Part shown: piece after piece, positions 1 to 9,317 of the stretch
How positions within the stretch are numbered: the stretch's first letter is position 1
Layout of the letters: each line of letters begins with the position of its first letter
NCBI GenBank assembly: GCA_965223845.1
Contig: CBDCXR010000004.1
Span: 1,728,001-1,792,000, forward strand
DNA from: Planctomycetota bacterium
Lineage (GTDB): Bacteria; Planctomycetota; UBA8108; SXIK01
Direction of reading: 5' to 3'
DNA length: 64,000 bases
Made by a program: the position numbers and the translations under genes
Notes under the pieces: model-generated
Seen by the model: the letters and a program-made list of their open reading frames with translations, nothing else
Database searches by the model: none
What the model was told of the DNA's origin: nothing

Positions 1-1532
1 AAGAAGTCCGGCGAGATTTCCTTGCCGGGCTCGAACACGAACGAAAGCTCGTCGAACTCGCCGTCGGTGAGGTAGTCGCCGCGCATCAGCTCTTCGCCGG
101 GCGCCGCACCGCCGATCTGGGTGAACGCACCGAGGATGTTCCAGCAGCGGATTCCGCCGCAGTCATCGAAGGGCACGTCCTTGGTGATCGTGCTCATGCC
201 GCCGATTACCACGTTCGCGGAGCCCGCGACGTTCTCGACTACGGACCCGATGCCCCAAGGAACCGTCGCGCCGGCGACGTCCTCGGCGACCACGTTGTAG
301 CTAAGGGTCTTCCCCGCCGTGACGTCGCCCGCATCGAGCATCCACGTGACGACGCCGGCCGCGAAGGAGCCGCCGTCCGAAATGCTACCCGGAACCGGCT
401 CCCATCCGACTGGCGGAGCATCGGTGACGGTCACCGCACCCGCCGCGGAGCAGCAGTCGTTCCCCTCGCGCACGCTCGTGAGCTCGAGCGAGACGTTCAG
501 CGTGTCGCCGGGGAGGAACTCGCCACAATTCTCCTCCGCGGTTCGGTCGCCCGCGATTGTGCGGTTCGCACCGGCGGCCGGCTGGAGGCAGAAATCATCC
601 GGGAGCGGAATGAGCGTCGCCGAGTGGAGGATGTGGTTCTGCTGAGCACCACCGGTCGACGCCGTGACTCCGAGGTAACCCTCGAACGGCTCGAAGTTCT
701 CGACGACGTGGGTGAACAGTCGTCCGAGGTCGACGCCGCCGTTGAAATCGAGCGCTTCGAGGTCGGTCGCAACCGTCAGGGTCCCGCCGCAGTTCTGGGC
801 GAAGACGGTCATTTTGTAACGGTTCGGATCGGCGGGCGGGGGCTGCTCGGTGTGGAGGTCCGCAACGTCCTCCGGGATCTCCACCTTCACATCCGGCTGG
901 ATCGCATCGCTACAGGGGAATCCCGTCGGTGAATACGAGAACGCGACGTGATTTCGGTTCCCGTCGTCCCCCGTGTTGCAGTTCCAGTCGTCGAACTCCC
1001 AAGCCATCTGGGGCTCGGTGTCGGTCACGCCGACGCACGGCGCGCCCATTCCTCCACCGCCCGTACCGGTGCGGTTCGGAGCCTCGGAACCGCCGACGAC
1101 CGTAACGACCATTCCGTCCGCGGGGCCGGCGCCACCGATGGAGCCGTCGCGCAGTTCGAGGATGACCTCGAGGCGGAAGTTGTCGTACTCGTCCGGCTCG
1201 GCGCGGAACACGTTGCCCGCCTGGCTTCCCAGGGCGGGAGTGATGAGCATGTATCCGCCGAAATCTTCGGTGCTCGACCCGAGATCGTCGACGATGTCCT
1301 CGGTGTAGAGGGAGCACTCGTTTCCGAGTTCGACGGCCGCGTTCGGATCGAGGCATTCATCGACGTCGCCGGGAGGCGGTACCCACAGGGCGACTCCGTT
1401 GAAGACCCAATCTCCGGACTCACTCGGATCGTCGAAGAAGTTGTCGTCGAATCCCACTTCCTGCGCCGGCAACCATGCGCTGAGCGCAAGAGCCGCGCAG
1501 AACGAAAGCCCTAGTGTCCGTCGGCGACGCAT
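1..1532 (-). CDS. Large secreted acidic protein with N-terminal L-type (legume/ConA-like) lectin domain; 3' end runs off the window
   Basis: Not in the ORF track because it has no stop in the window. Hand translation from ATG 1532 gives signal peptide MRRRRTLGLSFCAALALSAWLPA, then lectin-like motifs GSQAGNVF, PADG, GGGGMG, AWEFDDW, NHVAF and YLGVTASTGGAQQNH. The same frame reads as protein at the window edge (GDYLTDGEFDELSF). Confidence 0.75.
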   Translation of the reverse strand, partial: MRRRRTLGLSFCAALALSAWLPAQEVGFDDNFFDDPSESGDWVFNGVALWVPPPGDVDECLDPNAAVELGNECSLYTEDIVDDLGSSTEDFGGYMLITPALGSQAGNVFRAEPDEYDNFRLEVILELRDGSIGGAGPADGMVVTVVGGSEAPNRTGTGGGGMGAPCVGVTDTEPQMAWEFDDWNCNTGDDGNRNHVAFSYSPTGFPCSDAIQPDVKVEIPEDVADLHTEQPPPADPNRYKMTVFAQNCGGTLTVATDLEALDFNGGVDLGRLFTHVVENFEPFEGYLGVTASTGGAQQNHILHSATLIPLPDDFCLQPAAGANRTIAGDRTAEENCGEFLPGDTLNVSLELTSVREGNDCCSAAGAVTVTDAPPVGWEPVPGSISDGGSFAAGVVTWMLDAGDVTAGKTLSYNVVAEDVAGATVPWGIGSVVENVAGSANVVIGGMSTITKDVPFDDCGGIRCWNILGAFTQIGGAAPGEELMRGDYLTDGEFDELSFVFEPGKEISPDF

Positions 1533-1632
1533 ACGGAAACCCTCCCTTCGAACGAGGAAAAGGAAAAGAATTGACCCAATCCATACCACTGCTGGGAATC
1601 CCCTCACGGAATTCACAGCATATTACCAGTGC

Positions 1633-1660
1633 ATCTTAGCGGCGAGAGTGGGGGAGTCAA
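1633..1660 (-). promoter_or_regulatory. Putative sigma70-type promoter of the lectin-domain gene
   Basis: Minus strand TTGACT-16 nt-TAAGAT in an AT-richer intergenic region about 100 nt upstream of ATG 1532. Confidence 0.5.
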
Positions 1661-1722
1661 CTACTGCGCCGGCCCGTTCATTTCCCGAACGCGGAGCGTC
1701 GCCGAGCGTCCCGGGGGGCGCT

Positions 1723-3942
1723 TCACTCCGACGGCGGTTCGCTTCTGGAGTCGAGGTCGCGGAGCGCCCGCACGATCTCGTCCGCGCCGGGATGCCGCGT
1801 CATCCCCTCGCGCAGGATACGTCGAGCGGCGTCGAGGTCACCGCGCCGGCCGGCCTCACTCGCGGCGAGAAGAAAGCAGTACGGCGCCTCGCCGCTCGCG
1901 AGCAGCACGTCGGCGAGGCGACGGGCCTCGTCCGCCCGAGTCTCGAGTTCGAGGTAGAGGGCGAGCAACGCTCCCGCCGCCGCTACGTCGTCGGGCGCGC
2001 GCTCGTGCCATTTCCGCGTGAGTGCGAGTCGGTAGAACCGGTCTTCCGGTCGCGTCAGCCGTGGGAGCACGAGGCGAATCGCGTCCACACCGGATGAGTC
2101 GAGCTGCGCGGCGAGAAGCGCGCGATCGGAAGCTGCCGGGTCGCCGATGCGCCCGAGAAAGCGCGCCAGCGCGAGATACGCCGGGGCACGAGTGGCGAAC
2201 GCGCCCTCGTCCACCCCGAGTTCGAGCGCCTGGCGCATCTCGTCCTGGGCGACCGCCCGATCGAGCTCCGCTCGCAGCGCCGCCGACGACTCGCCCGAGC
2301 CGGGGTCGGAATCCAGAATCTCTATGCGAGCCTCGAGTGCCCGCGAGTAGATCCGCTCCCGGGCCTGAATCTGGCGAAGCTGGGCCGACGCCTCGGAATT
2401 GAAACCCTGCTCGCGCAGCGCGACGGCATTCCAGTAGTAGAGATCCGCGAAGTCGGTCGCGCCGCGCGCCGCGGCGAGCCCGAACTCCGTCCGAGCGCGG
2501 GTCGGGTCTCCCCGCGCGAGCGCGATGCGGCCGGACCAGTACGAAACCTCCCAGCGCTCCGGTTCCGACTCCCGCGCGGCAGCGAGCGCCGCCTCGGCTT
2601 CGTCGGGAGCGTTCTCGAGGGCCGCGCGCGTCCAGACGAGAGCCGCCGCCAGACGTGGCGCCTGGGCCTTGACGTACCCGCCGAGCTCACCCTCGGCGTT
2701 CGCCGCCTCGAGCGCGGCGCGTGCGTTCGCGCGCGACGCGTCCCAGCGCTCGAGGTCGAGCTCGATCCGTGCGCGCAGCCAGAGAAGACCGGACGTCGGA
2801 AACGTCGGTCGCGAGAGCGTGCCCTCGACGATCTCTCCGGCCTCGCGCGACCGCCCGATCGAAAGGAGAAACTCAGCGAAGTGAAACGGAACCCGCGCGT
2901 CGATCGGCCTAGCTCCTCCCGCAGAAATCCCGTCGCCGGACGATGGCGCCTCGAGAGCTTGTAAGGCGAATCCGAACGTTCGGTGCGCCTCCACGAATCT
3001 CTTCGCCTTGACCAAATTCATCGCCCGCTGGCTGAGGCCGGCGGCCGCGGCGCCGATCTTCGCCAATTCCACGGCGACGTGATCCTCGAACGCAGCTTGC
3101 TCGAGGGCGCTGTAGACTCGTTCGGCGAGCTGGCCGAGCCGCCGCTTCCGCAACCGGTAGTAAGTGCCCGATAGCTCGGCGTACGCGCGCGATTCGAACG
3201 GGGATCGTTCGATCGCCTCGATCAAGCGGTCGACCGCGGGTTGAAGTTCGCCGGCCGCGCGGAGTGCGCGCCCGTGCGCAAGGAGCGCGGCGCCGGTCGG
3301 CGGAGACGCACCTTCCCGCGCGAAATAGCCGCGAGTCCAGCGGAGCGCTTCTTCGTTCCGACCGAGCTCGAGAAGAACGCGCGCGAACTCGATCGCCGCG
3401 TCATCGTGCTCGGGCTCGGCACGGAGGAGTTTCTCGAGGGTCTCGGCCGCTTCGGAGTGGCGCTCGAGCTCGAGGAGAGCACGACCGCGGACGAAGAGCG
3501 ACGGGACGTGATCCCCCCTCAGCGACAAGGCCTGGTCGGCCTCCTCGAGCGCCGCGCGCGGGAGGCGCGCCGAAGCGTAGTATTCTCCTGCGCGGGAGTG
3601 CGCCTCGACGCGCCGTTCGTCGGGGAGCGTCGGCGCGATCGTGCGCAGCGCTCGCGCGGCACGCACGAGCTGACCCGCGGCGGCCCACTCGGCGGCCTGA
3701 GCGGTCGTCGGATTCGTCGGCCCATGCGAACGACTCTCGTTCGGCGACGACTCCGGAGTGCACCCGAAACCGAGGAACGCGGTCGCCCCGAACAGTCCGG
3801 CGAGGACCACTCGAATCGCGCCTCGCCGAAGCTTTGCGGGCGACCCGAACCGGATAGGAACGCGAACGGCAGCCCTCGACGCGACGGTGCTCGAAGGCGT
3901 TTCGCGCGTACCCCGCCGAGCCGGAGGAAACCTTGCCGTCAT
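1723..3942 (-). CDS. Tetratricopeptide-repeat protein, probable lipoprotein
   Basis: Many Ala/Leu-rich TPR-like helical pairs (e.g. LFVRGRALLELERHSEAAETLEKLLRAEPEH). Hydrophobic stretch ends in lipobox-like FLGFGC. Exact start uncertain. Confidence 0.7.
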   Translation of the reverse strand: MTARFPPARRGTRETPSSTVASRAAVRVPIRFGSPAKLRRGAIRVVLAGLFGATAFLGFGCTPESSPNESRSHGPTNPTTAQAAEWAAAGQLVRAARALRTIAPTLPDERRVEAHSRAGEYYASARLPRAALEEADQALSLRGDHVPSLFVRGRALLELERHSEAAETLEKLLRAEPEHDDAAIEFARVLLELGRNEEALRWTRGYFAREGASPPTGAALLAHGRALRAAGELQPAVDRLIEAIERSPFESRAYAELSGTYYRLRKRRLGQLAERVYSALEQAAFEDHVAVELAKIGAAAAGLSQRAMNLVKAKRFVEAHRTFGFALQALEAPSSGDGISAGGARPIDARVPFHFAEFLLSIGRSREAGEIVEGTLSRPTFPTSGLLWLRARIELDLERWDASRANARAALEAANAEGELGGYVKAQAPRLAAALVWTRAALENAPDEAEAALAAARESEPERWEVSYWSGRIALARGDPTRARTEFGLAAARGATDFADLYYWNAVALREQGFNSEASAQLRQIQARERIYSRALEARIEILDSDPGSGESSAALRAELDRAVAQDEMRQALELGVDEGAFATRAPAYLALARFLGRIGDPAASDRALLAAQLDSSGVDAIRLVLPRLTRPEDRFYRLALTRKWHERAPDDVAAAGALLALYLELETRADEARRLADVLLASGEAPYCFLLAASEAGRRGDLDAARRILREGMTRHPGADEIVRALRDLDSRSEPPSE

Positions 3943-3964
3943 CTGTCTCTGCGGTCGATCCTGG

Positions 3965-5140
3965 TCACTCGAGTACGATGCGGCGCACTTCCTCGAAGCG
4001 AATGTCCTCGATCTGGCTCCTCACGTGCTCGAGAAGCTCGACGTTGGTTCGCCGGAGTACCGATAGCAAGCGGTGCTTGTTCCCGATGTCGAGCGTCGAG
4101 TTCAGAAACCGGAAAATGTAGGGCGCCGAGTCGATCCCGCGCGGCGTTGCGAAGTGGATGTACATCGCGACGGAGAAAGCGAGAGGAACGAATCCGCTCA
4201 GGTGGCGCACCATCGCTTCCTCGGCCTCGGGGCTCGTCATTCGCTGAAGCGCGCCGAGCGCGAGGGCAAGATTCTGATCGGGACGCGGGCGCTGCGACTG
4301 CGTGTCGATATAGCGGACGAGGACGCGGACTGCCGGCGGGTCGTCCCGCGATTCGAGGTGACGAATGTAGAGCGATTTTTCCTGCAGAGTCGCGGCCTCG
4401 GCTAGCTTTCCCGCAACCGTTTCGATCGGCGGGTAGTAGCCGATGGCGCGAGCTGCGTTGAGGAGAAGATCGAGGCTTCCTTCACCGGCCTCGATTTCGG
4501 CGAGAATCTGTCGCGCGAACTCGCCCTCTAGCTCGGCGTATTTTCCCCGGTGGAACTCGAGGAACACCGGGATGTACGAGAACAGTCGGCGGCGAATGAA
4601 CGATTTAGGCGAGTCGCGCGTGGCGACGAGAGTGTAGTGCGCGAACCGCGCCACCTCCGCTTCGTACTCGCGAGCGAAGTGCACCAATCCGAACAGGATC
4701 TGGTAGTTCGCGGTGAATGCTCGAGCAGCGCGAGTGTCCTTGTCGAGGTGCTCGAGAAACGAATACAGTTCTGGAAACGCCTCGGAGCCCCGCGCGAGAT
4801 AGCTGCCGATCTGAGCATGGAGTCCGCGGCCATCCCGTGCCGCGATACCCGCCATGAATCGATCGAGATCACCCGCGGGCAGCTCGACCGGCGATCGCTT
4901 CGCCGCTGCCTCTCCCGCCGCCCTCGTCGACACGTGGGTCCGCGTTCCCGCGTCGGTCGCCGCCTCCCCGCCCGCGCGAGCGAGCTGCTCCTCGAGAAGA
5001 GCGACGCGCGCGCGAAGTGCGAGAACGCGACGTTCGACCGAAGCCTCCTCCGCGCTTGCGGCAGTCGTCACGCAAAACCCGATGCAGAGTGCGCAGATCG
5101 TTGCACCGAGGAACGGTCGTCGAGTCGTGCTAACCGGCAT
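3965..5140 (-). CDS. Exported alpha-helical (HEAT-like) hypothetical protein with N-terminal coiled coil; paralog of 5130..6338
   Basis: Signal-like N-terminus, coiled coil LRARVALLEEQL, and block SPKSFIRRRLFSYIPVFLEFHRGKY shared with its neighbour. Confidence 0.65.
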   Translation of the reverse strand: MPVSTTRRPFLGATICALCIGFCVTTAASAEEASVERRVLALRARVALLEEQLARAGGEAATDAGTRTHVSTRAAGEAAAKRSPVELPAGDLDRFMAGIAARDGRGLHAQIGSYLARGSEAFPELYSFLEHLDKDTRAARAFTANYQILFGLVHFAREYEAEVARFAHYTLVATRDSPKSFIRRRLFSYIPVFLEFHRGKYAELEGEFARQILAEIEAGEGSLDLLLNAARAIGYYPPIETVAGKLAEAATLQEKSLYIRHLESRDDPPAVRVLVRYIDTQSQRPRPDQNLALALGALQRMTSPEAEEAMVRHLSGFVPLAFSVAMYIHFATPRGIDSAPYIFRFLNSTLDIGNKHRLLSVLRRTNVELLEHVRSQIEDIRFEEVRRIVLE

Positions 5141-6338
5141 TGCGGGTCTTCCTCGCGGCTCGTTTCGCCTCGGCGTCGAGGATCTCTCTCGCCTCGGCGT
5201 GCGTGAGATTGTCGCGCGCCTCGACCAACGACGCGACCAGCGCGGCGTTCGCGCGGCGTAGAACTCGAAGGAGAGCGCGCTTCATCCCTTTCGGTGCTTC
5301 GGATTCGAGAAAGTCGCGCGCCAACTCGACGTCGGACCCCGCGCGCTCCTCACGAAAGTAGATCGTAAGCGCCGCGAGTCGTACCGAACTCCGATCGTCG
5401 TGCAAATACCTCGCGAAGCGGTCGCTGGTTCCTTCGAGCGTCGCGATCTTGGTGAGCGCCCGACCGACTGCGGGGCTCCCCTCTGGCGGTGTCGCATCAA
5501 CGTAGCGGTAGATCGCCTCGAGACCATCCGCGCCGCGTCCGGAGAGGTGGTCGATGATCATCGCGTGGAACGCGCGTTTTTCGAGATCGCCGAGAATTCC
5601 CTCGAACGCGTCGACCGGGGGCTCGTACTCGAGAATCTCCGCCGCGAGCATCGTCTTGTACATCCACTCGCCGCCGCTCCGAAGCTGGAGCTCGATCTCT
5701 TCTTTGAGACGCTCGGCGAGCTTGGGGTACTTCCCCTCGTGATGGGCGAGCAGAACGGGAACGAAGTTGAACATCTCCCGCCGGATGAAGGACTCGGGAA
5801 TCTCCGCCGTGCGGTCGAGGAGGTCGTAGACGAGCTTGACGACTTCATCCGGATGCCCGGTGATGACCTGCAGCATCGCGAGGACGGTCTGCGGGTGATG
5901 CGTAAGCTTGAGCATCTTCGGGCGATCGAGATCGCACGCGTGAAAGAAGTCGAAGAGGACCGCGTGTCCCTTCGGGCCCAGCAGAAGGAGGCGCTCGAAC
6001 TCGTGGCTGAGCTTGGCCCCGTCGTGCCGATCGAGGAGATCCATCATGGTCTCGACGTCGGCGAGAGGCGTGACACCGCGATCCCGGAGCTGCGTCTCGA
6101 GCTCACTGACGCGCGCCTCGAGGGCCGCGAGGTCGAGTTGTTCGATCGCTGGGGATCGGTTCTTCGTGTCGGCTCCACCGGGCTCTTCCTGCGGCTGCTC
6201 CGTCGCGACGGGCGTGGCGGGCTGCGTGCTACAGCCGGTGAGCGCGGCGACGAAGAGGGCGATGAAGGTGAGGGGGTGCCCGGAGACTTCGCAGCGCAAG
6301 AAACGCCCCGGGCCGAGTCTTTGGGTCGGCGTCTGCAT
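5130..6338 (-). CDS. Hypothetical lipoprotein, alpha-helical (HEAT-like); paralog of 3965..5140
   Basis: Lipobox ALTGC, coiled coil LEARVSELETQL, block IPESFIRREMFNFVPVLLAHHEGKY. Overlaps the start of the downstream gene. Start set at ATG 6338 (uncertain). Confidence 0.65.
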   Translation of the reverse strand: MQTPTQRLGPGRFLRCEVSGHPLTFIALFVAALTGCSTQPATPVATEQPQEEPGGADTKNRSPAIEQLDLAALEARVSELETQLRDRGVTPLADVETMMDLLDRHDGAKLSHEFERLLLLGPKGHAVLFDFFHACDLDRPKMLKLTHHPQTVLAMLQVITGHPDEVVKLVYDLLDRTAEIPESFIRREMFNFVPVLLAHHEGKYPKLAERLKEEIELQLRSGGEWMYKTMLAAEILEYEPPVDAFEGILGDLEKRAFHAMIIDHLSGRGADGLEAIYRYVDATPPEGSPAVGRALTKIATLEGTSDRFARYLHDDRSSVRLAALTIYFREERAGSDVELARDFLESEAPKGMKRALLRVLRRANAALVASLVEARDNLTHAEAREILDAEAKRAARKTRNAG

Positions 6339-6466
6339 CGAAAGGTTTGCGCAATCCTTCGGCGACCGGACGAGGAGAAGAGGAATCGACGAATCGCACA
6401 TTCTACCCAACCGACCTTCTCCCGACCATGGGCCGTCCCGCGGGGGGTCAAACGGCCGCATTTCGC

Positions 6467-8119
6467 CTACACGATCCGCTGATCGATGTCGCGAAGGACC
6501 GACCGGGCCGAGTTTCGTCCCGGCGCTCCGAGGACTCCGCCGCCGGGATGCGCTCCGGCGCCGCAGAGGTAGAGACCGCGGAGCGGCGTCCGGTAGCGCG
6601 CCCAGCCCGCGGCGGGGCGAAGCCAGAACAGCTGGTCGAGCCCCATGGCGCCGTGAAAGATGTTACCGCCGGTCAGGCCGAACGTGCGCTCGAGATCGGG
6701 CGGCGTGAGGATGTCGCGCCCGACGACCGACGCCGTGAATCCCGGGGCGTACTCTTCGACGACCGCGAACACACGATCGGCGAACGCTTCCCGACGTTCG
6801 GGCTCGTCCCACGAGCCGTCGGCGAGCTCGTACGGAGTGTATTGAACGAACAGGGACGCGACGTGCTTCCCGTGCGGCGCAAGACTGTCGTCGAGCGACG
6901 ACGGGATCGTCATCTCGATGACGGGGCGCTCGGAGGGAATCCCGCGCTCGGCATCGGCGTAGGCGCGCTCCACTTCATCGAGCGTCGACGCGAGGTGAAT
7001 CGTCCCGTGAAGCTCGGGACCGGTACCCGCGCTCGAGTCTCTTGCTTCGCTCAAGCCGGCGAATCGAGGCGCTCGGTCGAGCGCGACGTTGATCTTCGTC
7101 ACCGGCGAGCGGAAATCGAGACTCTCGACCTGACGGCGAAACGAGCCGGGGAGAATCCCTTCGGGGACGAGTCGGCGAAAGGTCACGTGGGGGTCGGCGT
7201 TCGAAAGCACGACCCGAGCGCGGACTTCTCGACCGCTCGCCGTGCGGACGCCGACCGCGCGCTCGTTCTCGACGAGCACTTCCGCGACCCCGTCCCCGGT
7301 CTGGATCACGACCCCCCGCGACTCCGCCGACCGGCGGATCGCTTCACTGAGCGTTCCCATTCCACCGCGGACGTACGCCCAGACGCCGCGAGCACCGTTC
7401 GTTTCCCCCATGACATGGTGGAAGAGGACGTATCCGCTCCCGGGAGTGGACGGACTCGCCATGGCGCCGATGATCGCGTCCGTACCGAGGGTGCCGCGGA
7501 GCGGCTCCGACTCGAACCAAGCGTCGAGGATCCGGCGAGCCGGTGCCGTCATGACTTCGAAGAGGGCCGGGAGATCCGCGCGCATTTTGAGCGCGCGAAG
7601 TCCGATGCGCGAAAAGGCCGTGAGGGAGGCGAGACGCGCGCTCGCGCCCTCCGGCGCGGTATCGGGCGGCGGCTCGTCGAGGAACGGCTCCATGAATCGC
7701 GCGAGCCGATCGAGATGCTGTTCGTACCGCGGGTAGGCCTCGGCGTCGCGCGGCGAGAATCGAGCGATCTCGCGCTGGTTCTCGGCGAGGTCTGAGCCCA
7801 GAAACAAGTGGCCGCCACCGATGAGCGGAGTGAACGACGACGGCTGTCGGGGAAGGAGCTCGAGGCCGAGACGCTCGAGCTCGAGCTCGCGAATGATCTC
7901 CGGACGAAAGAGGCTCGTGACGTAGGCCGCGCGCGAGAACCGGTAGCCGGGGATGAGTTCTTCCGTGACGCAGGCGCCGCCGACGAGTTCGCGCCGCTCG
8001 ATGACGGCCACCCGGAGGCCCGCGCGCGCAAGATAAGCGGCGGCGACGAGGCCGTTGTGCCCTGCGCCGACGATGGCCGCGTCGACTTGCGCGGGGAGAT
8101 TCGATTCCGCAGAAGTCAT
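6467..8119 (-). CDS. Phytoene desaturase-like FAD-dependent oxidoreductase (PYROXD2-like)
   Basis: Rossmann motif IVGAGHNGLVAAAYLAR, GGACVTEE, GGMG, LTGGNIFHG and LYLCGAGAHPGGGV. Confidence 0.85.
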   Translation of the reverse strand: MTSAESNLPAQVDAAIVGAGHNGLVAAAYLARAGLRVAVIERRELVGGACVTEELIPGYRFSRAAYVTSLFRPEIIRELELERLGLELLPRQPSSFTPLIGGGHLFLGSDLAENQREIARFSPRDAEAYPRYEQHLDRLARFMEPFLDEPPPDTAPEGASARLASLTAFSRIGLRALKMRADLPALFEVMTAPARRILDAWFESEPLRGTLGTDAIIGAMASPSTPGSGYVLFHHVMGETNGARGVWAYVRGGMGTLSEAIRRSAESRGVVIQTGDGVAEVLVENERAVGVRTASGREVRARVVLSNADPHVTFRRLVPEGILPGSFRRQVESLDFRSPVTKINVALDRAPRFAGLSEARDSSAGTGPELHGTIHLASTLDEVERAYADAERGIPSERPVIEMTIPSSLDDSLAPHGKHVASLFVQYTPYELADGSWDEPERREAFADRVFAVVEEYAPGFTASVVGRDILTPPDLERTFGLTGGNIFHGAMGLDQLFWLRPAAGWARYRTPLRGLYLCGAGAHPGGGVLGAPGRNSARSVLRDIDQRIV

Positions 8120-9282
8120 TCTGCGGCGGCCTCGGAACGGTCGGATGAGTCGGAGGCGGTCGAGTCGTCGCGCTCGGGGGTTGAAGCGGGGGGAGCTGGC
8201 GGTTCGAGCGCAAAGAACGAGAGCGGCGCCGGAACGGTCTCCGAGGTCGTCACGTAACCGTTTCCGCTCTGGGTGATGGCGATGGCTTCGCTCTGAATCT
8301 CGGCACGGGAGGAGGCGAGACGCCGCGGTGTTCGCGCAAACGCCGACTCGACGTCACCCTCGACGGCGTACTCGAGCACTTCGAGATACGTTCGTACGAG
8401 GACGCGGGAGGCATCGGTCGCGATGTCCGCTGCGGTCACCATGAAGCCCGGAGAAAACGTCGCGACGCGCGGAGCGGTCCGCAGGTTTCCGGTCGCTCCG
8501 AAGTCGAGCCTCAGAACATCGCACCGCGTCACGTCCTTGGTGAAGAGGTAGCCCACCCCCGAGGTGGGATGGACGACGAGGCCTTCGGCGTCCGCGGGCT
8601 CCGCCGGGAAGCCGAACGAGAACGCCGCGATCGAGTCTCGAGGGATCGTCTGCGAAACCTCTCCGCTCGGCCGACTCGCGATCTCGTCGATGTCCGGTTC
8701 CGGAAACCGGTAGATCACGAACCGGTCGCGCCGGCGGCTGTTGTTCCCGGAGTCGGCGATGTAGAGGTACGTTCGGCCGGGCTCCGGTCCGGGCCCGCGC
8801 GCGATATCCTCCCAGTCGATCGCTCGCACCGGGAGCTCGAAGACCGCGGCGATCGTTCCCGCCGCGCGGAGCAGGTAGAGGCGGGCGCCGCCGCCCGAGT
8901 CGTTGTGGGCCCACAAGTGTCCGCGACGCGAGGCGGCCACCATGCCCGAGATTTCATGGAGCCGAGGATCGGTGACGGTTCCGAACTCGACCGCCGAGCC
9001 GGAGTCGCTCACCGCGACAGCGGACTCGCCGGGGGAGCCGGCGACTTTGGATGGGCCAGCGTCTTCCGAAGAACCGGCGACCGGTTGCTCGGGGGAGCCG
9101 GCCCGAGACGCGCGGCGCCGGTCATCCGGCTCGGGCGCAGCGCCTCGTTCGTTGCACCCGAGACCGCTGATCGCTAGGGCGACGAGGCCGAGGACGCAGA
9201 TGCACCGAGACGATGCGAGCGGCCGCGCGCAGGCCCTCACGCGCGAGGCAGGACTGAGCGGCTCCGACGGTCCGATCGGCAT
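8116..9282 (-). CDS. Lipoprotein with SdiA-regulated/phytase-like beta-propeller domain
   Basis: Genuine C-terminal part of ORF 8116..10941. Lipobox GLGC. Motifs EISG, WAHNDSG, DWEDIA, LYIADSGNN, DAEGL and QSEAI. Stop overlaps the next ATG. Confidence 0.7.
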   Translation of the reverse strand: MPIGPSEPLSPASRVRACARPLASSRCICVLGLVALAISGLGCNERGAAPEPDDRRRASRAGSPEQPVAGSSEDAGPSKVAGSPGESAVAVSDSGSAVEFGTVTDPRLHEISGMVAASRRGHLWAHNDSGGGARLYLLRAAGTIAAVFELPVRAIDWEDIARGPGPEPGRTYLYIADSGNNSRRRDRFVIYRFPEPDIDEIASRPSGEVSQTIPRDSIAAFSFGFPAEPADAEGLVVHPTSGVGYLFTKDVTRCDVLRLDFGATGNLRTAPRVATFSPGFMVTAADIATDASRVLVRTYLEVLEYAVEGDVESAFARTPRRLASSRAEIQSEAIAITQSGNGYVTTSETVPAPLSFFALEPPAPPASTPERDDSTASDSSDRSEAAAE

Positions 9283-9317
9283 TCGAAGCGAAGAACGACC
9301 CACGCTCTCAAGCGCTC

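Noticed and set aside
6467-8119. Carotenoid biosynthesis (crtI/crtO)
   Set aside because: No crtB, crtE or crtY nearby; motifs fit the broad PYROXD2-like group
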